Assembly (NCBI GenBank): GCA_035441065.1
Contig: DAORNP010000001.1
Span: forward strand, 16,300-80,299
Direction of reading: 5' to 3'
Source: Flavobacteriales bacterium
Lineage (GTDB): Bacteria; Bacteroidota; Bacteroidia; Flavobacteriales_F; PHOS-HE28
Length of the DNA: 64,000 bases
Below the pieces are notes generated by a model. It was not told the origin of the DNA. It did not search any database and saw only the letters and a list, made by a program, of their open reading frames with translations. Positions within the stretch are counted from its first letter, which is position 1; each line of letters starts with the position of its first letter. Positions 19,122 to 30,578 of this stretch are shown in pieces. The translations under genes were made by a program, and so were the position numbers.

Positions 19122-19989
19122 ACTTCTCGGGGATGCGGAAGTTCATTTGCACGGGCCCATCGAGGTCGATGCGCGAGATGGTGAGCAATGCGCTCACTAG
19201 GCGGCCCGGCTCGCTGAGGGTGATGCGGATGCGGGTGGGCAGGTGATTCATCTCCGGCCCGCCGCGCTCCTCATAACGCAGCTCGGCGGTCCTATCGTTC
19301 ACGAGGTTCATCACTTGCACGCGTGCCACGCGGAAGCTGTCGGGCTCGAGGTGGTAGCGGTGAACAATGGCTTCTCGCTCCTCGGCCTTCCTCAGCGTGC
19401 GCTCCAAGCGGCGTTCGCGCATGTCGCGGTCGCGCGCGAGCGTATCGCCGGGGCTGATGTCCTCGGCCGCGCGGATGAAGCGGCGTTTCTCGCGGCTGGT
19501 GAGCACATAGTGGCCCTCCTCGCGATCAACGCGGTAGCGCTCCGTGGAGTCCAGCGCGATGGCCTCGCCGTTCAAGGCGCGCTGAAGCAGGGCCAGATCG
19601 GGCACCAGGCCGAAGCGCTTTCGCACGGCACCGGTGTCGCCCGCGAAGTACTGATCGTTGATGCGGTCCATGATCTTGAGGCTATCGGCGGTTAGCATCA
19701 CGCGCGCCGCCTCGATGCCGAGCAGCGGCACCACGCTCACCCACATCGCGCTGTCATGGACGCTGCGCAGGTGCGCCTTGAAGCTGCGCTTCTCATCGGG
19801 CATCGAAAGCTCCACATCCGCTTTAGCGGAGTAATAGCGCGTCGGCGATTGCCGCATGGCCAGCGCGCGCTCGAGCACCCGCTCTGCGGACCGTACTGGC
19901 AACTCGCGATCGACACTCACGGCGCGCCGCCCCTTGCACGCCGTTGCGATCAGTGCAGGCAGCAGGAGTGCGATCGCCCAGCGCATCAT
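19105..19989 (-). CDS. DUF4292-like lipoprotein (LolA-like fold), found downstream of a TPR gene as commonly seen in Bacteroidota.
   Basis: Lipobox MMRWAIALLLPALIATAC. Gene order TPR -> this gene. Confidence 0.4.
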   Translation of the reverse strand: MMRWAIALLLPALIATACKGRRAVSVDRELPVRSAERVLERALAMRQSPTRYYSAKADVELSMPDEKRSFKAHLRSVHDSAMWVSVVPLLGIEAARVMLTADSLKIMDRINDQYFAGDTGAVRKRFGLVPDLALLQRALNGEAIALDSTERYRVDREEGHYVLTSREKRRFIRAAEDISPGDTLARDRDMRERRLERTLRKAEEREAIVHRYHLEPDSFRVARVQVMNLVNDRTAELRYEERGGPEMNHLPTRIRITLSEPGRLVSALLTISRIDLDGPVQMNFRIPEKYEPMP

Positions 19990-21758
19990 TCCACGCGGCG
20001 CCCTTCGGCGATCTTCCGGTCGATGGCCTCGCTCGCACCGCCACGCGTCTTGGCCAGCCTCCATTGCTCCATGGCCAGGGCGCTCTCGCCCAGCTCGAAG
20101 AGGATGTCGCCGTAATGTTCATGCAGCTCGCCATCGGGGTTGGCCGATCTGCGCAGCGCCTTCTCCATCCAAACACGGGCATCGGCGTAGCGCTTCATGC
20201 GGAAGAGCACCCATGCATAGGTGTCCTGATAGCTCGGTTGCCCCGGCGCCAGTTCATTGCTGCGCTTGCTCATGCGTTCGGCGCGCTCGAGGTGCTCGCC
20301 GCGCACGCTGAGGTAGTATGCGTAGTTGTTCAGCGTGGTGGGGTCGTCCGGCGTTATCACCAGCGCCTTGTCGTAGGCCTGGTCGCTCTTCGTGAATTGC
20401 TTCGATGCATTGTACGCCTCGCCCAAGCTGCTCCAGAACTGTGCGGTGAGCGGCGGGTTATCCACCACCAGGTCGCGGCCGGTTACGAGCGCCTCGATGG
20501 CGGCTTCGTGCTGTTGCAGCTGTGAATGCGCGATGCCCTTGTACAGATAGGCCTCGGGCGAAGTGGGGAAAAGCTCGATGGTCCGGCTGGCATCCTTCAC
20601 CAGCGATTCGTGGTCGCCAAGCTGGAGGTCGAGTTGGAGCAGCTGTGCGTGGATGGGATAGCGCCCTTGCTCAAAGGCCAGCGCCTTGCGGAACTGCTCG
20701 CGCGCCTCGGCCAATTTGCCATCGCGCAGCAGGAAATCACCGCGGATGGTGTAGGGCTTGCCGCTCTCAGGGTGCGCGCTCTCCAAGGCATCGATGAGCG
20801 CGTAGCTGCGGCGGATCAGATCAGGCCTGTCCTCGGGTTTCTCGCCTTCGCTCTCCGTCATCTCGAAGAAGCCGATGAGCACCTGCATCTTGGCATCGAT
20901 GTCCACCTCTGGATCGGCGAAGGCCTCGCCCAACTCGCGATAGGCGTCTTCGAATTTGCCGGTTCCGTAATAGTGCTCGGCCAAGGAGATCCGCAGCATG
21001 CTGTTGCCGGGATCGAGGGCGAGCGCTTTGCGGTACTGCTCCAGCGCCAGCTCCGGCCTGCCCTGTGCATCGTACACCTCGGCGAGCATGCCCACATATT
21101 CCGCGCTCGAAGGGTTGGCTGCGATGGCACGCCCCAAGAGCTTCTCCGCTTCGTCCCATTGCCCCAAGGCCATGTAGGTGTTGAAGGCGTGATGCACCAG
21201 GTCCTCACCCAGTCCGAATCGCTTTTCCACATTGGCATAGGCCTTCGCTGCTTCGGCCGGCTTGTTCGCGTATGCGTAAGCCGCCGCCAGGTCCAAATGC
21301 ACCTCGTAGCGCTCGGGCCATTGCTCCAGGATTCCCTTGTACACGCCAATGGCCTCGTCGGGGTTGTTCTGGCGGTTCTGGGAGTAGAGGGCGGCCAGGA
21401 GGAAGCGGTACCAGATGTTCTTCTTATCAGCCCCAACGGCCTGCTTGGCGTACTCCACAGCTTGGCCGAAGTTCTGGCCCTGGTGGTAGAGCTTGGCCAA
21501 CTCGAAGGCTGCGGCGCCATTCTGCGGATCGGCTTTCAGGCATTGTTGATACAGGGCCAGCGCTTTGGGCAGCTCTCCGCGCATGCGGGCCTGCGTGGCC
21601 TCCATGTACAGGCGCATCACGTTGGCGCGCGTATCGCTTGCGCCCCGGCTTCCGCCATCGGGGTCCGGCTCTGCGGTGGCAACGGGCTTGGCACCGCCGC
21701 ATGCGGCCAGCGCGAGCGCCACCAGTACGGATAGGAGGGGAAAGCGGAGGTGCTTCAT
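19986..21758 (-). CDS. TPR-repeat lipoprotein.
   Basis: Lipobox MKHLRFPLLSVLVALALAAC. Many 34-aa TPR units (..A...Y..AL..DP.N..A...LA..Y..). Confidence 0.8.
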   Translation of the reverse strand: MKHLRFPLLSVLVALALAACGGAKPVATAEPDPDGGSRGASDTRANVMRLYMEATQARMRGELPKALALYQQCLKADPQNGAAAFELAKLYHQGQNFGQAVEYAKQAVGADKKNIWYRFLLAALYSQNRQNNPDEAIGVYKGILEQWPERYEVHLDLAAAYAYANKPAEAAKAYANVEKRFGLGEDLVHHAFNTYMALGQWDEAEKLLGRAIAANPSSAEYVGMLAEVYDAQGRPELALEQYRKALALDPGNSMLRISLAEHYYGTGKFEDAYRELGEAFADPEVDIDAKMQVLIGFFEMTESEGEKPEDRPDLIRRSYALIDALESAHPESGKPYTIRGDFLLRDGKLAEAREQFRKALAFEQGRYPIHAQLLQLDLQLGDHESLVKDASRTIELFPTSPEAYLYKGIAHSQLQQHEAAIEALVTGRDLVVDNPPLTAQFWSSLGEAYNASKQFTKSDQAYDKALVITPDDPTTLNNYAYYLSVRGEHLERAERMSKRSNELAPGQPSYQDTYAWVLFRMKRYADARVWMEKALRRSANPDGELHEHYGDILFELGESALAMEQWRLAKTRGGASEAIDRKIAEGRRVE

Positions 21759-21769
21759 GCGCGGGTGGC

Positions 21770-22777
21770 TCAGCCAACGGTGCTATCGTCGCTCAGGCTC
21801 AGGTCCAAGGCTTTGCCGGTCACTTGGGCGCGCTCCCCGATCATGCTGTTGTCGATCACGGCATCCTGTACACGCACACCGCCCCGCAGGATCGCATTGC
21901 GCACCACGCTGCTGGCGATGACCGTGCCGCTCTCGATGGAGACATTCGGACCCACCACACTGTTCACCAGCTCCACGCCATCGCCTATGTAGCAGGGTGG
22001 GACCACGATGCTGTTCGTGGCTTTCACGTTCTTGCTCACGAGCGCCGCATCATCCTTCAGGAAGCCAAGCACCTTCGTGTTGGTGTCCACCATGGCGTTC
22101 TTGTTGCCGCAGTCCATCCATACATCAACGGCCCCCGCCTTGAAGCGCGCGCCCTTGCGCTTCATGTTCTCCATGGCGTTGGTGAGCTGGTACTCGCCCT
22201 TGTCCTTGATGTCGTTGTCGATGAGCCACTGCATCTCCTTGCGCAGGTGCTCGCCATCGGCGAAGTAGTAGATGCCGATGATCGCCAGGTCGCTCACGAA
22301 GGTCTGCGGCTTCTCCACGAACTCGGTGATGACGCCATCGCCATCGAGCTTCACGACGCCGAATGGGCGCGGATCGTCCACCTTGTTCACCCAGATCACG
22401 CCGTCGCAATCCTTGTCGAGCTTCAGTTGCGCGCGGAAGAGTGTGTCGGCGAAGGCCACGATGATGCGGCCGCTCAGCGCCTTCTCGGCGCAGAGGATGG
22501 CATGAGCGGTGCCGAGGGCGACTTCCTGGTAATGGATGGTCCCTTTCGCACCGACGCTCTTGGCAATGGCCACGAGCTCGTTCTCCACCTTCACGCCGAA
22601 GCTGGGATGCACCACGAAGGCGACCTCTTCCACGGGCTCACCGGCCACGGCGGCCAGGTCCTCCACGAGGCGTTGCACAATGGGCTTGCCCGCAATGGGC
22701 AGCAAGGGCTTGGCGGTGGTGTGGGTGTGCGGACGCATCCGCTTGCCCATGCCCGCCATGGGGACGATGATCTTCAT
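21770..22777 (-). CDS. Sugar-1-phosphate nucleotidylyltransferase family protein (N-terminal NTP_transferase + C-terminal left-handed beta-helix).
   Basis: MKIIVPMAGMGKRMRP...KPLLPIAGKPIV nucleotide-binding G-rich motif. C-terminal hexapeptide repeats. Confidence 0.7.
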   Translation of the reverse strand: MKIIVPMAGMGKRMRPHTHTTAKPLLPIAGKPIVQRLVEDLAAVAGEPVEEVAFVVHPSFGVKVENELVAIAKSVGAKGTIHYQEVALGTAHAILCAEKALSGRIIVAFADTLFRAQLKLDKDCDGVIWVNKVDDPRPFGVVKLDGDGVITEFVEKPQTFVSDLAIIGIYYFADGEHLRKEMQWLIDNDIKDKGEYQLTNAMENMKRKGARFKAGAVDVWMDCGNKNAMVDTNTKVLGFLKDDAALVSKNVKATNSIVVPPCYIGDGVELVNSVVGPNVSIESGTVIASSVVRNAILRGGVRVQDAVIDNSMIGERAQVTGKALDLSLSDDSTVG

Positions 22778-22892
22778 TCCGGTTGAATGCTCACCGCAGA
22801 GGCGCGAAGGCGCCGAGGTCGCGGAGATGCGGTCCCCCTCTGCGTTCCTTGGCGTTCTCCGCGCCTTTGCGGTGAATCAGGCGCGAAGGTCT

Positions 22893-23351
22893 TCAATTTG
22901 TTCCAGTGTGGCCGAAGCCCCCGGCGCCACGTGCTGACGAGGCGAGGTCAGCAACTTCCTGCCACTCAGCACGCACGTATCGGGCGATGACCAGTTGGGC
23001 GATGCGCTCGCCGTCCTTCACCTCGAAGGCCTCCTGCCCATGGTTGATGAGCAGAACGCCCACTTCGCCCCGGTAGTCGGCGTCGATGGTGCCTGGGGCG
23101 TTGAGGACTGTGACACCATGCTTGAAGGCCAACCCGCTGCGGGGCCGCACTTGGGCCTCGGTGCCCTCGGGGAGTTCCAAGGAGAGGCCGGTGGGGATCA
23201 GGGCGCGCTGGCCGGGTGCGAGGGTGATGGGTGCGTCAAGGTTGGCCCGGAGGTCCATGCCGGCGCTGTGCGCGGTGGCGTAGGAGGGGAGGGAGTGCTT
23301 GCCTTTGTTGACGACGCGAACGGCAAGTCCTTCTGCAGCAATCGTGGTCAT
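22893..23351 (-). CDS. dut: dUTP diphosphatase.
   Basis: 152 aa with [17 protein letters not shown] and [17 protein letters not shown] dUTPase motifs. Confidence 0.9.
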   Translation of the reverse strand: MTTIAAEGLAVRVVNKGKHSLPSYATAHSAGMDLRANLDAPITLAPGQRALIPTGLSLELPEGTEAQVRPRSGLAFKHGVTVLNAPGTIDADYRGEVGVLLINHGQEAFEVKDGERIAQLVIARYVRAEWQEVADLASSARGAGGFGHTGTN

Positions 23352-24781
23352 GTCGTCAAAGGTCGGATTGCAGGGCGTTCAATCTTCCCAACGACAACGA
23401 CAAAGGCCAACAGGGCGATGGCACGAACCGCATAGTTGAGCGCGCCTACAGGAGCGAACTGCTCTGTGCCCCACCAAATCACCACCGCTCCCGCCATGTA
23501 CAACAGCACGCGCGTCGTGTTGTAGGGTATCGGGTAATGCTTCTGCCCCCACACGTAGCTGATGGCCGCCATGCTGAAGTAGCAGGCCAGCGTGGCCCAT
23601 GCCGCGCCCATGTATCCCATGGTCGGGATCAACGCGAAGAGCAGCACCAGCGTGATCACCGCGCCGATCATGCTGATGGTGCTGCCCGCCTTGGTCTTGT
23701 CGGTGAGCTTGTACCACACGCTCTGGTTGTAGTAGATGCCGAGGAACACGTTCGCGAGCAGCAGGATCGGCACCACGCGCAACCCTTCGTGGTAGGCCGT
23801 GTTGGGGATGAACCACTTGAACACATCAAGGAAGAGCATCACCACCAGGAAGGCCGTCATGCACACGGCCACGAAAATGTTCATGATGCGGGCGAAGGTC
23901 TCCTCGCTGTTCTTCTCCTTGGCGTGGCTGAAGAAGAAGGGTTCTGCGCCCATGCGGAAGGCCTGGATGAAGAGCGTGATGATCACCGCTAGCTTGTAGC
24001 ACGCGCCGTAGATTCCGAGCTGCGCATCGGCGGTGTCGGCGGGCAGCAGGTATTTCATGACCGTTCGGTCGGCGGTCTCGTTCACCATGCCCGCCAACCC
24101 CGCAATGGCCAGTGGCCAAGCGAAGGCACGCATGGGTTTCAGCAATGCACGGTCGAATTGCTTGAAGCGCGGCCACTGCGGCACGAGCAACAGGAACTTC
24201 ACTGCGCTGGCCACCAGGTTGATCAGGAACACATAGCTCACATCGATGTTCGGATCGTGCGGTTTGCGGTATGCGAAGAAGTAAAGGCTCAGCGCGACGG
24301 TGACGCCGATGTTCGTCATGTTCACCGCCACGAAGCGCCAGGGCCTGCCCTCGTGCCGCAGCCGCGCCATGGGGATGGCGGTCATGGCATCGAGGCCCAA
24401 TGCGAGTGCGAGCATCCACACCAACTGGCGGTGCTCGGGGTAGCGCATGGCCCCTGCGATGGCATCAGGGAAGAGCGCACTCAGCAGCATGAAGGGCAGA
24501 GTGATGCCAGCCACGGCAAAGAAGGCGGTGGCATAGGATCGCTTGGGGTCGAGTTCCTTCCGGTTGGCGAAGCGGAAGTAGGTCGTCTCCATGCCGAAGG
24601 TGATCAGCACGGCGAGGAAGGCCGCCCAGGCATAGAAGGCGGTGATCACGCCGTACTCCTCGGGCGGGAACACCCCCTTGCTGGTGTACAGCGGTGTGAG
24701 CAGGAAGTTGAGGAAGCGCGCAACGATGCTGCTCAGCCCGTAGATGGCTGTTTGACCGGCGAGTGTGCGGAGGGCGCTCAC
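23348..24781 (-). CDS. MOP-superfamily polysaccharide/lipid-II flippase (Wzx/MurJ-like).
   Basis: 477 aa, ~12-14 TM segments; N-terminal [27 protein letters not shown] typical of polysaccharide biosynthesis protein (PF01943-like). Confidence 0.7.
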   Translation of the reverse strand: MSALRTLAGQTAIYGLSSIVARFLNFLLTPLYTSKGVFPPEEYGVITAFYAWAAFLAVLITFGMETTYFRFANRKELDPKRSYATAFFAVAGITLPFMLLSALFPDAIAGAMRYPEHRQLVWMLALALGLDAMTAIPMARLRHEGRPWRFVAVNMTNIGVTVALSLYFFAYRKPHDPNIDVSYVFLINLVASAVKFLLLVPQWPRFKQFDRALLKPMRAFAWPLAIAGLAGMVNETADRTVMKYLLPADTADAQLGIYGACYKLAVIITLFIQAFRMGAEPFFFSHAKEKNSEETFARIMNIFVAVCMTAFLVVMLFLDVFKWFIPNTAYHEGLRVVPILLLANVFLGIYYNQSVWYKLTDKTKAGSTISMIGAVITLVLLFALIPTMGYMGAAWATLACYFSMAAISYVWGQKHYPIPYNTTRVLLYMAGAVVIWWGTEQFAPVGALNYAVRAIALLAFVVVVGKIERPAIRPLTT

Positions 24782-24901
24782 TTTCGATTCGAATAGGAAC
24801 TGGCGAACTCAAATGGACAGGAATGGACGCGTATGGACTGATCAGTCCATACGCGTCCATTCCTGTCCATTTGAGTTCGCCAGTTCCTATTCGAATCGAA
24901 A
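24782..24901. repeat. Perfect zero-spacer palindromic centre of the giant inverted repeat, in the intergenic region between the two divergent flippase gene copies.
   Basis: Sequence ...gtatggactga|tcagtccatac... is self-complementary across 24841/24842 with no unique loop. Confidence 0.95.
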
Positions 24902-26335
24902 GTGAGCGCCCTCCGCACACTCGCCGGTCAAACAGCCATCTACGGGCTGAGCAGCATCGTTGCGCGCTTCCTCAACTTCCTGCTCACACCGCTGTACACC
25001 AGCAAGGGGGTGTTCCCGCCCGAGGAGTACGGCGTGATCACCGCCTTCTATGCCTGGGCGGCCTTCCTCGCCGTGCTGATCACCTTCGGCATGGAGACGA
25101 CCTACTTCCGCTTCGCCAACCGGAAGGAACTCGACCCCAAGCGATCCTATGCCACCGCCTTCTTTGCCGTGGCTGGCATCACTCTGCCCTTCATGCTGCT
25201 GAGTGCGCTCTTCCCTGATGCCATCGCAGGGGCCATGCGCTACCCCGAGCACCGCCAGTTGGTGTGGATGCTCGCACTCGCATTGGGCCTCGATGCCATG
25301 ACCGCCATCCCCATGGCGCGGCTGCGGCACGAGGGCAGGCCCTGGCGCTTCGTGGCGGTGAACATGACGAACATCGGCGTCACCGTCGCGCTGAGCCTTT
25401 ACTTCTTCGCATACCGCAAACCGCACGATCCGAACATCGATGTGAGCTATGTGTTCCTGATCAACCTGGTGGCCAGCGCAGTGAAGTTCCTGTTGCTCGT
25501 GCCGCAGTGGCCGCGCTTCAAGCAATTCGACCGTGCATTGCTGAAACCCATGCGTGCCTTCGCTTGGCCACTGGCCATTGCGGGGTTGGCGGGCATGGTG
25601 AACGAGACCGCCGACCGAACGGTCATGAAATACCTGCTGCCCGCCGACACCGCCGATGCGCAGCTCGGAATCTACGGCGCGTGCTACAAGCTAGCGGTGA
25701 TCATCACGCTCTTCATCCAGGCCTTCCGCATGGGCGCAGAACCCTTCTTCTTCAGCCACGCCAAGGAGAAGAACAGCGAGGAGACCTTCGCCCGCATCAT
25801 GAACATTTTCGTGGCCGTGTGCATGACGGCCTTCCTGGTGGTGATGCTCTTCCTTGATGTGTTCAAGTGGTTCATCCCCAACACGGCCTACCACGAAGGG
25901 TTGCGCGTGGTGCCGATCCTGCTGCTCGCGAACGTGTTCCTCGGCATCTACTACAACCAGAGCGTGTGGTACAAGCTCACCGACAAGACCAAGGCGGGCA
26001 GCACCATCAGCATGATCGGCGCGGTGATCACGCTGGTGCTGCTCTTCGCGTTGATCCCGACCATGGGATACATGGGCGCGGCATGGGCCACGCTGGCCTG
26101 CTACTTCAGCATGGCGGCCATCAGCTACGTGTGGGGGCAGAAGCATTACCCGATACCCTACAACACGACGCGCGTGCTGTTGTACATGGCGGGAGCGGTG
26201 GTGATTTGGTGGGGCACAGAGCAGTTCGCTCCTGTAGGCGCGCTCAACTATGCGGTTCGTGCCATCGCCCTGTTGGCCTTTGTCGTTGTCGTTGGGAAGA
26301 TTGAACGCCCTGCAATCCGACCTTTGACGACATGA
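24902..26335 (+). CDS. MOP-superfamily flippase (Wzx/MurJ-like), right-arm copy.
   Basis: Identical translation to 23348..24781(-). Confidence 0.7.
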   Translation: MSALRTLAGQTAIYGLSSIVARFLNFLLTPLYTSKGVFPPEEYGVITAFYAWAAFLAVLITFGMETTYFRFANRKELDPKRSYATAFFAVAGITLPFMLLSALFPDAIAGAMRYPEHRQLVWMLALALGLDAMTAIPMARLRHEGRPWRFVAVNMTNIGVTVALSLYFFAYRKPHDPNIDVSYVFLINLVASAVKFLLLVPQWPRFKQFDRALLKPMRAFAWPLAIAGLAGMVNETADRTVMKYLLPADTADAQLGIYGACYKLAVIITLFIQAFRMGAEPFFFSHAKEKNSEETFARIMNIFVAVCMTAFLVVMLFLDVFKWFIPNTAYHEGLRVVPILLLANVFLGIYYNQSVWYKLTDKTKAGSTISMIGAVITLVLLFALIPTMGYMGAAWATLACYFSMAAISYVWGQKHYPIPYNTTRVLLYMAGAVVIWWGTEQFAPVGALNYAVRAIALLAFVVVVGKIERPAIRPLTT

Positions 26336-26790
26336 CCACGATTGCTGCAGAAGGACTTGCCGTTCGCGTCGTCAACAAAGGCAAGCACTCCCTCCCCTCC
26401 TACGCCACCGCGCACAGCGCCGGCATGGACCTCCGGGCCAACCTTGACGCACCCATCACCCTCGCACCCGGCCAGCGCGCCCTGATCCCCACCGGCCTCT
26501 CCTTGGAACTCCCCGAGGGCACCGAGGCCCAAGTGCGGCCCCGCAGCGGGTTGGCCTTCAAGCATGGTGTCACAGTCCTCAACGCCCCAGGCACCATCGA
26601 CGCCGACTACCGGGGCGAAGTGGGCGTTCTGCTCATCAACCATGGGCAGGAGGCCTTCGAGGTGAAGGACGGCGAGCGCATCGCCCAACTGGTCATCGCC
26701 CGATACGTGCGTGCTGAGTGGCAGGAAGTTGCTGACCTCGCCTCGTCAGCACGTGGCGCCGGGGGCTTCGGCCACACTGGAACAAATTGA
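26332..26790 (+). CDS. dut: dUTP diphosphatase, right-arm copy.
   Basis: Identical translation to the left copy. Confidence 0.9.
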   Translation: MTTIAAEGLAVRVVNKGKHSLPSYATAHSAGMDLRANLDAPITLAPGQRALIPTGLSLELPEGTEAQVRPRSGLAFKHGVTVLNAPGTIDADYRGEVGVLLINHGQEAFEVKDGERIAQLVIARYVRAEWQEVADLASSARGAGGFGHTGTN

Positions 26791-26905
26791 AGACCTTCGC
26801 GCCTGATTCACCGCAAAGGCGCGGAGAACGCCAAGGAACGCAGAGGGGGACCGCATCTCCGCGACCTCGGCGCCTTCGCGCCTCTGCGGTGAGCATTCAA
26901 CCGGA

Positions 26906-27913
26906 ATGAAGATCATCGTCCCCATGGCGGGCATGGGCAAGCGGATGCGTCCGCACACCCACACCACCGCCAAGCCCTTGCTGCCCATTGCGGGCAAGCC
27001 CATTGTGCAACGCCTCGTGGAGGACCTGGCCGCCGTGGCCGGTGAGCCCGTGGAAGAGGTCGCCTTCGTGGTGCATCCCAGCTTCGGCGTGAAGGTGGAG
27101 AACGAGCTCGTGGCCATTGCCAAGAGCGTCGGTGCGAAAGGGACCATCCATTACCAGGAAGTCGCCCTCGGCACCGCTCATGCCATCCTCTGCGCCGAGA
27201 AGGCGCTGAGCGGCCGCATCATCGTGGCCTTCGCCGACACACTCTTCCGCGCGCAACTGAAGCTCGACAAGGATTGCGACGGCGTGATCTGGGTGAACAA
27301 GGTGGACGATCCGCGCCCATTCGGCGTCGTGAAGCTCGATGGCGATGGCGTCATCACCGAGTTCGTGGAGAAGCCGCAGACCTTCGTGAGCGACCTGGCG
27401 ATCATCGGCATCTACTACTTCGCCGATGGCGAGCACCTGCGCAAGGAGATGCAGTGGCTCATCGACAACGACATCAAGGACAAGGGCGAGTACCAGCTCA
27501 CCAACGCCATGGAGAACATGAAGCGCAAGGGCGCGCGCTTCAAGGCGGGGGCCGTTGATGTATGGATGGACTGCGGCAACAAGAACGCCATGGTGGACAC
27601 CAACACGAAGGTGCTTGGCTTCCTGAAGGATGATGCGGCGCTCGTGAGCAAGAACGTGAAAGCCACGAACAGCATCGTGGTCCCACCCTGCTACATAGGC
27701 GATGGCGTGGAGCTGGTGAACAGTGTGGTGGGTCCGAATGTCTCCATCGAGAGCGGCACGGTCATCGCCAGCAGCGTGGTGCGCAATGCGATCCTGCGGG
27801 GCGGTGTGCGTGTACAGGATGCCGTGATCGACAACAGCATGATCGGGGAGCGCGCCCAAGTGACCGGCAAAGCCTTGGACCTGAGCCTGAGCGACGATAG
27901 CACCGTTGGCTGA
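26906..27913 (+). CDS. Sugar-1-phosphate nucleotidylyltransferase family protein, right-arm copy.
   Basis: Identical translation to 21770..22777(-). Confidence 0.7.
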   Translation: MKIIVPMAGMGKRMRPHTHTTAKPLLPIAGKPIVQRLVEDLAAVAGEPVEEVAFVVHPSFGVKVENELVAIAKSVGAKGTIHYQEVALGTAHAILCAEKALSGRIIVAFADTLFRAQLKLDKDCDGVIWVNKVDDPRPFGVVKLDGDGVITEFVEKPQTFVSDLAIIGIYYFADGEHLRKEMQWLIDNDIKDKGEYQLTNAMENMKRKGARFKAGAVDVWMDCGNKNAMVDTNTKVLGFLKDDAALVSKNVKATNSIVVPPCYIGDGVELVNSVVGPNVSIESGTVIASSVVRNAILRGGVRVQDAVIDNSMIGERAQVTGKALDLSLSDDSTVG

Positions 27914-27924
27914 GCCACCCGCGC

Positions 27925-29697
27925 ATGAAGCACCTCCGCTTTCCCCTCCTATCCGTACTGGTGGCGCTCGCGCTGGCCGCATGCGGCGGTGCCAAGCCCG
28001 TTGCCACCGCAGAGCCGGACCCCGATGGCGGAAGCCGGGGCGCAAGCGATACGCGCGCCAACGTGATGCGCCTGTACATGGAGGCCACGCAGGCCCGCAT
28101 GCGCGGAGAGCTGCCCAAAGCGCTGGCCCTGTATCAACAATGCCTGAAAGCCGATCCGCAGAATGGCGCCGCAGCCTTCGAGTTGGCCAAGCTCTACCAC
28201 CAGGGCCAGAACTTCGGCCAAGCTGTGGAGTACGCCAAGCAGGCCGTTGGGGCTGATAAGAAGAACATCTGGTACCGCTTCCTCCTGGCCGCCCTCTACT
28301 CCCAGAACCGCCAGAACAACCCCGACGAGGCCATTGGCGTGTACAAGGGAATCCTGGAGCAATGGCCCGAGCGCTACGAGGTGCATTTGGACCTGGCGGC
28401 GGCTTACGCATACGCGAACAAGCCGGCCGAAGCAGCGAAGGCCTATGCCAATGTGGAAAAGCGATTCGGACTGGGTGAGGACCTGGTGCATCACGCCTTC
28501 AACACCTACATGGCCTTGGGGCAATGGGACGAAGCGGAGAAGCTCTTGGGGCGTGCCATCGCAGCCAACCCTTCGAGCGCGGAATATGTGGGCATGCTCG
28601 CCGAGGTGTACGATGCACAGGGCAGGCCGGAGCTGGCGCTGGAGCAGTACCGCAAAGCGCTCGCCCTCGATCCCGGCAACAGCATGCTGCGGATCTCCTT
28701 GGCCGAGCACTATTACGGAACCGGCAAATTCGAAGACGCCTATCGCGAGTTGGGCGAGGCCTTCGCCGATCCAGAGGTGGACATCGATGCCAAGATGCAG
28801 GTGCTCATCGGCTTCTTCGAGATGACGGAGAGCGAAGGCGAGAAACCCGAGGACAGGCCTGATCTGATCCGCCGCAGCTACGCGCTCATCGATGCCTTGG
28901 AGAGCGCGCACCCTGAGAGCGGCAAGCCCTACACCATCCGCGGTGATTTCCTGCTGCGCGATGGCAAATTGGCCGAGGCGCGCGAGCAGTTCCGCAAGGC
29001 GCTGGCCTTTGAGCAAGGGCGCTATCCCATCCACGCACAGCTGCTCCAACTCGACCTCCAGCTTGGCGACCACGAATCGCTGGTGAAGGATGCCAGCCGG
29101 ACCATCGAGCTTTTCCCCACTTCGCCCGAGGCCTATCTGTACAAGGGCATCGCGCATTCACAGCTGCAACAGCACGAAGCCGCCATCGAGGCGCTCGTAA
29201 CCGGCCGCGACCTGGTGGTGGATAACCCGCCGCTCACCGCACAGTTCTGGAGCAGCTTGGGCGAGGCGTACAATGCATCGAAGCAATTCACGAAGAGCGA
29301 CCAGGCCTACGACAAGGCGCTGGTGATAACGCCGGACGACCCCACCACGCTGAACAACTACGCATACTACCTCAGCGTGCGCGGCGAGCACCTCGAGCGC
29401 GCCGAACGCATGAGCAAGCGCAGCAATGAACTGGCGCCGGGGCAACCGAGCTATCAGGACACCTATGCATGGGTGCTCTTCCGCATGAAGCGCTACGCCG
29501 ATGCCCGTGTTTGGATGGAGAAGGCGCTGCGCAGATCGGCCAACCCCGATGGCGAGCTGCATGAACATTACGGCGACATCCTCTTCGAGCTGGGCGAGAG
29601 CGCCCTGGCCATGGAGCAATGGAGGCTGGCCAAGACGCGTGGCGGTGCGAGCGAGGCCATCGACCGGAAGATCGCCGAAGGGCGCCGCGTGGAATGA
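27925..29697 (+). CDS. TPR-repeat lipoprotein, right-arm copy.
   Basis: Identical translation to 19986..21758(-). Confidence 0.8.
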   Translation: MKHLRFPLLSVLVALALAACGGAKPVATAEPDPDGGSRGASDTRANVMRLYMEATQARMRGELPKALALYQQCLKADPQNGAAAFELAKLYHQGQNFGQAVEYAKQAVGADKKNIWYRFLLAALYSQNRQNNPDEAIGVYKGILEQWPERYEVHLDLAAAYAYANKPAEAAKAYANVEKRFGLGEDLVHHAFNTYMALGQWDEAEKLLGRAIAANPSSAEYVGMLAEVYDAQGRPELALEQYRKALALDPGNSMLRISLAEHYYGTGKFEDAYRELGEAFADPEVDIDAKMQVLIGFFEMTESEGEKPEDRPDLIRRSYALIDALESAHPESGKPYTIRGDFLLRDGKLAEAREQFRKALAFEQGRYPIHAQLLQLDLQLGDHESLVKDASRTIELFPTSPEAYLYKGIAHSQLQQHEAAIEALVTGRDLVVDNPPLTAQFWSSLGEAYNASKQFTKSDQAYDKALVITPDDPTTLNNYAYYLSVRGEHLERAERMSKRSNELAPGQPSYQDTYAWVLFRMKRYADARVWMEKALRRSANPDGELHEHYGDILFELGESALAMEQWRLAKTRGGASEAIDRKIAEGRRVE

Positions 29698-30578
29698 TGC
29701 GCTGGGCGATCGCACTCCTGCTGCCTGCACTGATCGCAACGGCGTGCAAGGGGCGGCGCGCCGTGAGTGTCGATCGCGAGTTGCCAGTACGGTCCGCAGA
29801 GCGGGTGCTCGAGCGCGCGCTGGCCATGCGGCAATCGCCGACGCGCTATTACTCCGCTAAAGCGGATGTGGAGCTTTCGATGCCCGATGAGAAGCGCAGC
29901 TTCAAGGCGCACCTGCGCAGCGTCCATGACAGCGCGATGTGGGTGAGCGTGGTGCCGCTGCTCGGCATCGAGGCGGCGCGCGTGATGCTAACCGCCGATA
30001 GCCTCAAGATCATGGACCGCATCAACGATCAGTACTTCGCGGGCGACACCGGTGCCGTGCGAAAGCGCTTCGGCCTGGTGCCCGATCTGGCCCTGCTTCA
30101 GCGCGCCTTGAACGGCGAGGCCATCGCGCTGGACTCCACGGAGCGCTACCGCGTTGATCGCGAGGAGGGCCACTATGTGCTCACCAGCCGCGAGAAACGC
30201 CGCTTCATCCGCGCGGCCGAGGACATCAGCCCCGGCGATACGCTCGCGCGCGACCGCGACATGCGCGAACGCCGCTTGGAGCGCACGCTGAGGAAGGCCG
30301 AGGAGCGAGAAGCCATTGTTCACCGCTACCACCTCGAGCCCGACAGCTTCCGCGTGGCACGCGTGCAAGTGATGAACCTCGTGAACGATAGGACCGCCGA
30401 GCTGCGTTATGAGGAGCGCGGCGGGCCGGAGATGAATCACCTGCCCACCCGCATCCGCATCACCCTCAGCGAGCCGGGCCGCCTAGTGAGCGCATTGCTC
30501 ACCATCTCGCGCATCGACCTCGATGGGCCCGTGCAAATGAACTTCCGCATCCCCGAGAAGTATGAACCGATGCCTTGA
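29694..30578 (+). CDS. DUF4292-like lipoprotein, right-arm copy.
   Basis: Mirror of 19105..19989(-). Confidence 0.4.
   Translation: MMRWAIALLLPALIATACKGRRAVSVDRELPVRSAERVLERALAMRQSPTRYYSAKADVELSMPDEKRSFKAHLRSVHDSAMWVSVVPLLGIEAARVMLTADSLKIMDRINDQYFAGDTGAVRKRFGLVPDLALLQRALNGEAIALDSTERYRVDREEGHYVLTSREKRRFIRAAEDISPGDTLARDRDMRERRLERTLRKAEEREAIVHRYHLEPDSFRVARVQVMNLVNDRTAELRYEERGGPEMNHLPTRIRITLSEPGRLVSALLTISRIDLDGPVQMNFRIPEKYEPMP

Noticed and set aside
22778-22892. GC-rich hairpin region downstream of dut as a Rho-independent terminator.
   Set aside because: Stems are present but there is no U-tract in the dut-sense transcript. It is more likely a REP-like or regulatory palindrome, noted under the GxxExxY cassette finding.
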